Shown here one piece after another: positions 1 through 7,230 of a DNA stretch of 32,101 nt (within the stretch, counting starts at the first letter, position 1; every line of letters starts with the position of its first letter). Below the pieces are notes generated by a model. That model ran no database searches. It was not told where the DNA came from and was given only the letters and a program-made list of their open reading frames with translations. Source of the DNA: Methanobacteriota archaeon (lineage in GTDB: Archaea > Thermoplasmatota > Poseidoniia > Poseidoniales > Poseidoniaceae). The DNA lies in NCBI GenBank assembly GCA_018650165.1, contig JABIGM010000030.1:1-32101 (forward strand), in the 5' to 3' direction. Position numbers and translations under genes: made by a program.

Positions 1-54
1 GGCAATGTCAAAAATGACATCGATTCTAAAAGGTGCATTCGGGAGTGATTAAGC

Positions 55-1209
55 ATGGGTGCACCAATAATCGACGTTGATGAGAATTTGCGATTACTAG
101 GGACTGCTCATGTTGCAACAGCATCTGTTGAGGCTGTTCGTGAAAATATTACTGAGTGGCAACCTGATATTGTTGCGGTAGAACTTTGCCAAAGCAGATA
201 CAATGCACTTACGCAAGACCGACGGCTCGACAAGGAAGGCCTGCTCAAAGTAATCAAGGAAGGAAAGGCACCGATGGTATTGCTTCAATCTTTGTTAGCT
301 GCGGAACAACGCCGACTGGGAATCGATGAAGGCCAGCAACCTGGGGCGGAACTTCTCGCCGCAGTCACTGCAGCAGAAGAATCAGGTCTAGAAGTGGCCC
401 TTGTCGATAGAGACATCCAGACTACACTCCGCCGTGCATGGAATAAAATGGGGTTCCGTGAAAAGTTCAGCCTGATGTGGGCACTCATCGCAGATGATGA
501 TTCAGAAGAGGAAATTGAATTAGAAGAAATGCTAGCAGACAAAGACCTCCTTACTTCGCTCATGGAAGAACTCAGAGAAGTATCCCCCGGCGCTGGAGAA
601 GTACTAATCGATGAACGTGACGAGTACATTGCAAGAAAAATATCGAATGTAAGGTCAAAGGGAAAGGTGCTAGCGGTTCTTGGTGCTGGCCATTTAGATG
701 GAGTTTCCAAAATACTAAACAAAAGAATCGAGGCAGATGAAGAAAGAATTTCCTCTTTATCAGTTGTTCCAAAGGGTGGACGTCTCTTGAAAACTATTTC
801 GTATGGAATCCCACTTGTATTGTTGGGATTATTGGGTTGGTTTGCATACAATGGTGACTTAGATTCGATTAAGGAAAACGGAATATATTGGTTCGCTGGA
901 AATTTCATTGGTGCGGCTCTATTCTGCATGTTAGCAGGCGGTCACCCAATTGCAATCCTCGTAGCAGCCCTCGCTTCACCAATAACTTCACTCAATCCAG
1001 CCTTAGCTGCTGGTTGGTTTGCTGGTTATGCACAAATGAAGGTAAAGGAGCCGACAGGCGAAGACCTTACCGAGTTTCTTAAACTCGATTCTGCAAAGTT
1101 GTTTTGGACAAACCGCGCAGGAAGAATACTGCTAGTTACCGCACTTACAAATCTCGGTTCAATGGCAGGTGCTTGGATTTCAATGGGACTTATTGCTTCA
1201 GGTCTCTGA
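55..1209 (+). CDS. TraB/PrgY (TraB/GumN-family) protein with C-terminal membrane helices
   Basis: 384 aa. N-terminal LLGTAHV, D.VAVELC, PGAELLAA, LVDRDIQTTLRR, LIDERDEYIA and VLAVLGAGHL match the TraB family. C-terminal hydrophobic segments include GGHPIAIL...ASPITSLNPALAAGWFAG. Confidence 0.9.
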   Translation: MGAPIIDVDENLRLLGTAHVATASVEAVRENITEWQPDIVAVELCQSRYNALTQDRRLDKEGLLKVIKEGKAPMVLLQSLLAAEQRRLGIDEGQQPGAELLAAVTAAEESGLEVALVDRDIQTTLRRAWNKMGFREKFSLMWALIADDDSEEEIELEEMLADKDLLTSLMEELREVSPGAGEVLIDERDEYIARKISNVRSKGKVLAVLGAGHLDGVSKILNKRIEADEERISSLSVVPKGGRLLKTISYGIPLVLLGLLGWFAYNGDLDSIKENGIYWFAGNFIGAALFCMLAGGHPIAILVAALASPITSLNPALAAGWFAGYAQMKVKEPTGEDLTEFLKLDSAKLFWTNRAGRILLVTALTNLGSMAGAWISMGLIASGL

Positions 1210-1338
1210 AAACACTGTAGCACTCAAACATTTAGATGGGTACTCCAAAGGATTAACAAACAGACTCTCACGAACAGGGAAGATTCGTACAATTTGAGGC
1301 CACACCGGTTGAATGGTGACCACACTGTCCATTTAGCC

Positions 1339-1914
1339 TCAGAATTGAATCTGGACTGCTTCACGCTGAACTGGGTCTGTAACCTCGAAAAGGTCACGAC
1401 GCATTGCATTCTTCATTCCAGCAACGATACTGGTAGGAATCATCTGTATGCCTGCGTTCCAGTTAGTTGCGCTTGCGTTGTAGAATTCACGGCGATCCGA
1501 GACTTGGTTCTCTAGTGCAACTAGTTGATTCTGTAAGTTAACGAAAGATGTGTCGGCCTTCAATTCAGGGTATTGCTCAGCGACCATGTTGATACGAGGC
1601 ATTAGTCCTGCGAGAGTACCTTCTGCTGCACCAACTGCCTTGACATTTCCAGATGAAAGAGCACCGGATGCTGCTTGGCGAGCAAGAGCAAACTGCTCGA
1701 AGATTTCTCTTTCGTGCTTTGCATATCCTTGAACGATGTTAACAAGGTTTGGAATCATGTCATATCTCTGCTTAAGAAGAACATCAATATCTGCCCATGA
1801 TTTGTTTACATTTTCTTCTAGGCGAACCAAGCGATTCCATGTGCTGATAAACCAAATCAGTACAATTAATACTACGACTCCAGAGATTATTCCAATTACA
1901 AGACCTGCGCTCAT
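1339..1914 (-). CDS. lemA: LemA family protein
   Basis: N-terminal TM helix, then WNRLVRLEENVNKSWADIDVLLKQRYDMIPNLV, AEQYPELKAD and ENQVSDRREFYN. Start moved to the ATG at 1914 (MSAGLVIG); the ORF track starts at 1977. Confidence 0.92.
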   Translation of the reverse strand: MSAGLVIGIISGVVVLIVLIWFISTWNRLVRLEENVNKSWADIDVLLKQRYDMIPNLVNIVQGYAKHEREIFEQFALARQAASGALSSGNVKAVGAAEGTLAGLMPRINMVAEQYPELKADTSFVNLQNQLVALENQVSDRREFYNASATNWNAGIQMIPTSIVAGMKNAMRRDLFEVTDPVQREAVQIQF

Positions 1915-1998
1915 ATACCGACGACTGGCGGTTTGCACTTCAACTATTCCTCTACACCAAAGAGGAGACTTCATCAATATGAGTACTGAGGGAAGGGC

Positions 1999-3438
1999 AT
2001 GCGCACCGGTGTATTGTTTACACTATTGATTCTGTCAACCCAAGCCTTAGCAGGTTGCTTTGGAGATGATGAAGTGGAAAGTGAGGCTGTTGTTAAAACA
2101 CCTTTAGATGGATTGTTCTCATCTACTACCTGGTACCACTACCCCGGCGGAGTCAACGCTTCTAATTCCTCTATTGGCTATGCTAATCTCACTGGTAATT
2201 CTACCCCTTACCCTGCAATTGGGACTTACTATGGAATTGGTGCTACTACCTTTGAACCAACGATTGGTGTAACCTCTACGGGGGGCATTCATTTCTCATC
2301 TTATGGTGGAACTGGGTCGGGAACTATGGTCTATACATCGATGGACCAAGGGCAAACTTGGAACAATATGGGGCCTTTTAATCCGATTGTTGATGTTGGA
2401 CAAGTACCATCGTCCAACGACCCTTACATCTACGTCGATAAGTGGACTGACCGAATATTCAAATTCGATATGCACGCACTAACTGCAATGTTTGTTGAAT
2501 ACTCTGATGATGATGGCCAATCATGGTCGATCCCATTTTCCGCTGATGGCTACTACAGCCCTCAAGACCACCAATCGATTGCTTCAATGCCTGATGTAGA
2601 TGGAATTGGATTCTATGATACCATAATCGTATTTTGCATAAACACAGGCTCTTCGGCAGCAGGTCCACAGTGCTCTCGTTCACTTGATGGAGGGCATGTT
2701 TGGGATATTCAGCGCCCTGGATATCCAACCGGAACACCTCAATGTTCTGGACTTCATGGCCATGTTGCCGGCTCAAATGATGGCGCAGTGTACCGTGGCA
2801 ATCCATCTTGTGATGGACCTGCTGTATACCGTAGCTTAGATGGAGGATACTCTTGGACTGAGCACACAATCACAACAACTGTTCCAATGCAGCAAGGCTG
2901 GCATAGCCACGAGGTTGCTGTTGCAACCGATGAGGCAGGTAACCTCTTTGCTTCATGGATTAGTGTAGACCAAATGCCTTGGATGGCATATTCTCGTGAC
3001 CAAGGCGATACTTGGTCGGAGCCAATTATGGTCGCACCACCTGGAGTTAACGAAACTGGATTCCCAACTATCTTTGCTGGCGATGAAGGTCGAGTTGTGG
3101 TTGGTTATATCGGCGAAGGTGATGATCTATCGGGTTGGGGCGGTTACATGTCTGTTATGACTGATGCATTTGCAGATAACCCGCTAATTACCACTGTTGC
3201 AGTAAATTCACCAGATGACCCTCTGGACATTACTGATGATTGTGGAAATGTAAGATGTGGCGGTTTTGGTGATTTCATCGATGTAGAAATTGATGATGAA
3301 GGACGTCCATGGATTGCTTTAGCCCATAATACCAATGGCGAACTTGGAATTGTTGGAACATATGTCACTGGGCCTGCATTATTTGGAGAGCTTAGATTGC
3401 TCCCTGAAATCCTACCCGGTGGGCCTGCTACTCTCTAA
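1999..3438 (+). CDS. Secreted lipoprotein with BNR/Asp-box repeats (sialidase-like beta-propeller)
   Basis: Signal peptide ends in a lipobox-like LAGC. Five Asp-boxes SxDxGxxW: SMDQGQTW, SDDDGQSW, SLDGGHVW, SLDGGYSW, SRDQGDTW. Confidence 0.8.
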   Translation: MRTGVLFTLLILSTQALAGCFGDDEVESEAVVKTPLDGLFSSTTWYHYPGGVNASNSSIGYANLTGNSTPYPAIGTYYGIGATTFEPTIGVTSTGGIHFSSYGGTGSGTMVYTSMDQGQTWNNMGPFNPIVDVGQVPSSNDPYIYVDKWTDRIFKFDMHALTAMFVEYSDDDGQSWSIPFSADGYYSPQDHQSIASMPDVDGIGFYDTIIVFCINTGSSAAGPQCSRSLDGGHVWDIQRPGYPTGTPQCSGLHGHVAGSNDGAVYRGNPSCDGPAVYRSLDGGYSWTEHTITTTVPMQQGWHSHEVAVATDEAGNLFASWISVDQMPWMAYSRDQGDTWSEPIMVAPPGVNETGFPTIFAGDEGRVVVGYIGEGDDLSGWGGYMSVMTDAFADNPLITTVAVNSPDDPLDITDDCGNVRCGGFGDFIDVEIDDEGRPWIALAHNTNGELGIVGTYVTGPALFGELRLLPEILPGGPATL

Positions 3439-3484
3439 GCAAAGGTACGCAAGCGATGTGTTTAAGATTAAATTGTACAGTGGA

Positions 3485-3832
3485 ATGGATATGGACCTTG
3501 ATACAGCAGCGGCATGGGCGGAAGTTTTCGGGTTAGTAACAATTCTTGGTGCTGCAATCTATTCATGGTACCAAATCAAAGAACTACGTCGTTCAAGAGA
3601 TAGCACGACTGCAATGAGCCTAGCAGCGAACTTTCAGAACGAGAATTTCGTGGTTGGCCTTACAGCGATTATGAACATGGATTTTGATAAAAGCAAGTTT
3701 AAATCTGGAGAGGAACAAGAAAATTTCAAGGCTTTCCGCGCCCATTTTGGCGATGATTGGCCTAAAGTGATGGCCGCAACTGGTGCAAGTGATTCTTGGG
3801 CCATGACGGCACCTCTTTCTCCAACTTTATAA
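3485..3832 (+). pseudogene. N-terminally anchored small protein (DUF4760-like by recollection), apparently truncated after ...DDWPKVM
   Basis: Coding-like from ATG 3485/3491 (MDLDTAAAWAEVFGLVTILGAAIYSWYQIKELRRSR: TM helix plus basic stretch). From memory of similar MGII proteins, the last ~20 codons do not look like the expected continuation. A TTTAAG TATA-like box lies upstream. Confidence 0.5.
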
Positions 3833-3906
3833 TCGATGTTCAGAATATGATAGAAAGTTTGCCATTATTCAGAGAAACTTATGACCTAATTTAGTTTGCA
3901 CCAAAC

Positions 3907-4392
3907 ATGGAATTCCGTTCACTTGTGACAGAGGATATTCCATCGGTTTGGAGAATTAATGAAGAAGGGCTTCCAGGAACTGGTAAAGTTTCTGAGGAGG
4001 AGATAGCCACTCTTCTCGAACTATCGGAGTTGTCTCTTGGAGCATATGAAGGAGGAACACTTCTTGGTTTTGTAATCTGTTTGCTTCCAGAAACCGAATA
4101 CGGAAGTCTCAATTATGCATGGTTCAATCAAAAATTTCAACAGTTCCTTTATGTCGATAGGATTGCGGTTACAGCGGAGCATAGAAGCCGGAAAATCGGT
4201 TCATCACTGTATGCGAAGGTGTTTTTTGAAGCAAATAGACTTCGGGTCCCAGTGGCCGCAGAAGTAAGTCTTGAACCTCCTAATCCTGGTTCAATGCGGT
4301 TTCACTTCCGCCATGAATTTCAGGAAGTTGGAGTCCTGCGCCATGAAAGTAAATCCGTGACAATGATGATGCGCCCACATCAGAAAATCTAA
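3907..4392 (+). CDS. GNAT family N-acetyltransferase (COG3818-like)
   Basis: 161 aa. YGSLNYAWF, FLYVDRIAV, acetyl-CoA loop RSRKIGSSLY, and NPGSMRFH.RH.F.EVG. Confidence 0.88.
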   Translation: MEFRSLVTEDIPSVWRINEEGLPGTGKVSEEEIATLLELSELSLGAYEGGTLLGFVICLLPETEYGSLNYAWFNQKFQQFLYVDRIAVTAEHRSRKIGSSLYAKVFFEANRLRVPVAAEVSLEPPNPGSMRFHFRHEFQEVGVLRHESKSVTMMMRPHQKI

Positions 4393-4407
4393 TCACTTCT
4401 AAAGACG

Positions 4408-4434
4408 AAAAAATCAGCAAGACTGCGAACAGTC
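4408..4434 (-). terminator. Putative gdhA terminator (UUCG hairpin plus U6 tract)
   Basis: The minus strand reads GACTG-TTCG-CAGTC (4434-4421), then TTTTTT (4413-4408), ~20 nt after the gdhA stop. It lies in a convergent gap. Confidence 0.5.
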
Positions 4435-4452
4435 ATGTAATCTATCTTCGCT

Positions 4453-5814
4453 TTAGATTACGCCCTGAGCCATCATTGCATCGGCAACCTTGAGGAATCC
4501 TGCAACGTTTGCTCCAAATACATAATCGCCATCACGGCCGTATTTCTTTGCTGTAGAGTATGCTTGCTCGTGGATAGAAACCATGATTCCACGTAACTTC
4601 GCATCGACTTCTTCACGGGTCCAAGACATACGCAGTGAGTTTTGGCTCATCTCTAGTCCAGAGGTTGCCACTCCACCTGCATTGCTTGCCTTACCTGGTG
4701 CAAATAATACTCCGCCGTCTTGGAAGACAGTTACTGCATCAGGGGTACAAGGCATGTTTGCACCTTCGGCTACTGCGATTACATTGTTAGCGACAAGCAT
4801 CTTTGCTTCACCGCCACTAATTTCATTCTGTGTAGCGCATGGAAGTGCGACATCGACATTGACTCCCCACAGTCCATTAACCGCAGGTTCCGGCGCAGAT
4901 TTGGTGAATGTAACTCCATCGAATTTGTCAGAATATTCACTGATTCGGCCACGACGGTTATTCTTTAGATCCATAATCCAAGCAAGTTTTTCACGGTCGA
5001 TTCCAGCGGGGTCGTAAATCCATCCGGAGGAATCAGACATTGTAACTGGCTTTCCACCAAGGTCCAATACTTTCTCACAAGCAAATTGTGCAACGTTTCC
5101 GCTACCACTGATAGAGACTGTTGCTCCTTCGAAAGACTTGCCTTTAGTCCCAAGCATCTCACGTGCAAAATAAACTAGCCCATATCCCGTAGCTTCTGGG
5201 CGAATGAGAGAACCGCCGTATGAGCGTCCCTTGCCAGTTAAAACTCCAGCCTGGAAATCATTCTGTAATCTCTTGAACATTCCAAACAGGTATCCGATTT
5301 CTCGACCACCGACTCCAATGTCACCAGCAGGTACGTCACAGTTGTGGCCGATATGTCGCCACAACTCCATCATGAATGATTGACAGAACCTCATTACCTC
5401 ACCATCAGACTTGCCCTTTGGATTGAAATCAGAACCTCCTTTTCCGCCACCCATAGGTAGTGTTGTTAGACTATTTTTGAATACCTGCTCGAACGCGAGA
5501 AACTTCAGAATTGAAGCGTTTACAGAAGGATGGAATCTTAGTCCGCCCTTGTAAGGACCAATTGCACTATTGAATTGGATACGGAAACCACGGTTTGTTT
5601 GAACTGAACCATTATCATCGACCCATGGGACTCTAAAGTGAATCAAACGTTCTGGCTCTACAATTCGCTCAACAATGCCTGCTTCTACATATTCTGGGTG
5701 GGCTTTTAAAACCGGTTCTAATGATTCTAACACTTCCCAAACAGCCTGGTGGAATTCAGGCTGGTCGGGATCTCTCCTCTTTACATTCTCAAAAATCTCG
5801 TTTATGACATTCAT
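4453..5814 (-). CDS. gdhA: NADP-specific glutamate dehydrogenase
   Basis: GPYKGGLRFHPSVN, LPMGGGKGGSDF, DVPAGDIGVGGREIG, RPEATGYG, GSGNVAQ, EGANMP and GKASNAGGVATSGLEM. ATG 5814 is preceded by AGGTG (RBS-like). Confidence 0.97.
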   Translation of the reverse strand: MNVINEIFENVKRRDPDQPEFHQAVWEVLESLEPVLKAHPEYVEAGIVERIVEPERLIHFRVPWVDDNGSVQTNRGFRIQFNSAIGPYKGGLRFHPSVNASILKFLAFEQVFKNSLTTLPMGGGKGGSDFNPKGKSDGEVMRFCQSFMMELWRHIGHNCDVPAGDIGVGGREIGYLFGMFKRLQNDFQAGVLTGKGRSYGGSLIRPEATGYGLVYFAREMLGTKGKSFEGATVSISGSGNVAQFACEKVLDLGGKPVTMSDSSGWIYDPAGIDREKLAWIMDLKNNRRGRISEYSDKFDGVTFTKSAPEPAVNGLWGVNVDVALPCATQNEISGGEAKMLVANNVIAVAEGANMPCTPDAVTVFQDGGVLFAPGKASNAGGVATSGLEMSQNSLRMSWTREEVDAKLRGIMVSIHEQAYSTAKKYGRDGDYVFGANVAGFLKVADAMMAQGVI

Positions 5815-5827
5815 TTTAAGCACCTAA

Positions 5828-5845
5828 ATTACACACTTGTGTAGT
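5828..5845. promoter_or_regulatory. Operator-like inverted repeat TACACA-CT-TGTGTA upstream of gdhA
   Basis: Perfect 6+6 inverted repeat at 5830-5843, between a candidate TATA-like element (~5855-5860) and the start codon. Confidence 0.4.
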
Positions 5846-5893
5846 TGCGGCCACCTAAAGACCCTTTACAAGCATTGCCTAGACTCGCGCACC

Positions 5894-6340
5894 TTAGAAA
5901 TATGGACAGACAGTATTGAACCGTTCCAGACGCTTCAATCTGCGTTCGCCATTTGCATCTGATTCAGACATCGACCTAATCGATTCCTCAATCAAAGCAT
6001 GCTGGTCTGACTGAATTCCTAGCAAGGTACGGAGATGTTCTAAAATTGCCCATTCATCCTCCGTAATTACTTCATCATCGAGAGCTGCTACCAAAGCGGA
6101 CTGATATGTCGTTGCATCACCAATATGGTGTTGCGAATACTCGGTAGCATCGGCGATTGGAGAAGGATCGATACCTCTTGCCACATCCATTGCATCCCCC
6201 ACATCAAAAGGAGAAACCCCTAGGGCAATGGCCAATACCTTGAGAATTGAAGCTTCATCATCAGTCACAATCTCATCGCTTAGTGCAGTGGTTAGCACCT
6301 CGATATAGAGATACAGCCCTCGGCTCGCAGTTAGTACCAT
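5894..6340 (-). CDS. Hypothetical protein with two TerB-like helical repeats
   Basis: Internal duplication: TALSDEIVTDDEASILKVLAIALGV and AALDDEVITEDEWAILEHLRTLLGI. This resembles the TerB-fold DG.i...E...L...LG pattern. Confidence 0.6.
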   Translation of the reverse strand: MVLTASRGLYLYIEVLTTALSDEIVTDDEASILKVLAIALGVSPFDVGDAMDVARGIDPSPIADATEYSQHHIGDATTYQSALVAALDDEVITEDEWAILEHLRTLLGIQSDQHALIEESIRSMSESDANGERRLKRLERFNTVCPYF

Positions 6341-6436
6341 GGAATCGTCTTGTAGGGGTTTAGCGTTTGAGCATTGTCATTCTAACACACTTTTTGGATT
6401 CCAATGAAGAGTTTCAAATATCATAAGGGGTAGTCT

Positions 6437-6486
6437 TTGTCATCACTTGTATGTCAATTTGTAATCATCTGTGATACATTGATATA
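6437..6486. promoter_or_regulatory. Array of TTGT..TCA / TGATA boxes upstream of the RHH gene (candidate operator)
   Basis: TTGTCATCA 6437, TTGTATGTCA 6447, TTGTAATCA 6459, TGATAC 6472, TGATAT 6480, in a divergent intergenic region. Confidence 0.45.
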
Positions 6487-6522
6487 CTGGATGTGGGGTG
6501 GAAGTGTTACGGAGGAATGCTG

Positions 6523-6897
6523 ATGACCACCCATAGTACACTCGTCTCACTACGAATTACCGATGAAGAGATGTCTCTTCTCGATGCTCGCGTAGGACTA
6601 GATGGAGCACGAAACCGAAGTGATGTCATCAGAGCAGCTATCCGTTTATTCCTAGATGGACAGCCTCTACTTCCTGACATGGACACAATTACAATTCCAG
6701 TAGGCCGCTCTATGAAGAGTAGGCTAGGAGACCTATACGAAATGCAAGGAGTCAGTCCTGAACAGGCTGCATCTCAAGGATTGCAAGATTACGTACGACG
6801 CCTGATCAAGGAAGAGGCTGAATTGAATGATACTCTCGCTGAAGGATTGTTAGAGTCCCGAAGCAAGACTGTAGGACGCAAGGAGTTCACTGAGTGA
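6523..6897 (+). CDS. Ribbon-helix-helix (CopG/Arc/MetJ) DNA-binding protein
   Basis: LVSLRITDEEMSLLDARVG...NRSDVIRAAIRLFL is a typical RHH. GGAGG at 6511-6515 precedes ATG 6523. A second degenerate RHH-like segment (TITIPVGRSMKSRLGDL) follows. Confidence 0.85.
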   Translation: MTTHSTLVSLRITDEEMSLLDARVGLDGARNRSDVIRAAIRLFLDGQPLLPDMDTITIPVGRSMKSRLGDLYEMQGVSPEQAASQGLQDYVRRLIKEEAELNDTLAEGLLESRSKTVGRKEFTE

Positions 6898-6924
6898 AAA
6901 CAGGGTGAGAGCCACATAATGGAG

Positions 6925-7195
6925 GGGATGGGAAAATGCGCTGGGAGAACGAAATTGGAAACAACCGTACTCCCACCTTCCGAAACGATGTTACACTACC
7001 AGGTAACATCGGTTTCGCTGCACTGCGTCTACGTGCAAAACTTGCACAAACTGGTAACCCAACACACGTCTCCCCGGGCAACCGGGGGGACTCCGATTCC
7101 GATCCTGCTTGTTGAGCAGGATTAGTTCCACACGCATCCGGACCCCACATCCGGGTGCAATTTACTCAAACGGTGCAGCCGCGTATCCAAGAACC
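6925..7195. ncRNA. Putative structured non-coding RNA of unassigned class
   Basis: 333-nt gap with no credible ORF and at least six stems: 6981-6994/7003-7017, 7033-7038/7042-7047, 7068-7077/7082-7091 (GCAA loop), 7101-7109/7115-7123, 7135-7141/7151-7157, and long-range 7017-7023/7173-7179. Confidence 0.7.
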
Positions 7196-7230
7196 TCAAC
7201 CTCAAATACCTTCGACGAAGGCATCACTAC

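Noticed and set aside
1198-1332. 44-aa minus-strand ORF (MDSVVTIQPVW...) after lemA
   Set aside because: No recognisable motif and it overlaps the traB stop; cannot be told apart from a chance ORF.
3335-3484. 5' extension of the 3335-3832 ORF
   Set aside because: Overlaps the end of the lipoprotein gene and looks non-coding; a TATA-like TTTAAG precedes ATG 3485/3491.
6341-6380. Possible frameshifted N-terminus of the TerB-like gene (ATG ACA ATG C/TCA AAC GCT...)
   Set aside because: A plausible ATG exists at 6340, and without homolog alignments there is no independent support.
6898-7230. Canonical SRP RNA, canonical RNase P RNA, 5S rRNA, group I intron or cobalamin riboswitch
   Set aside because: No helix-8 CAGG/GGAA/AGCA motif, no intact GAGGAAnnUCC/ACAGAA with a pairing P4, and no P/Q/R/S or B12-box consensus on either strand. 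Kept as an unassigned RNA.
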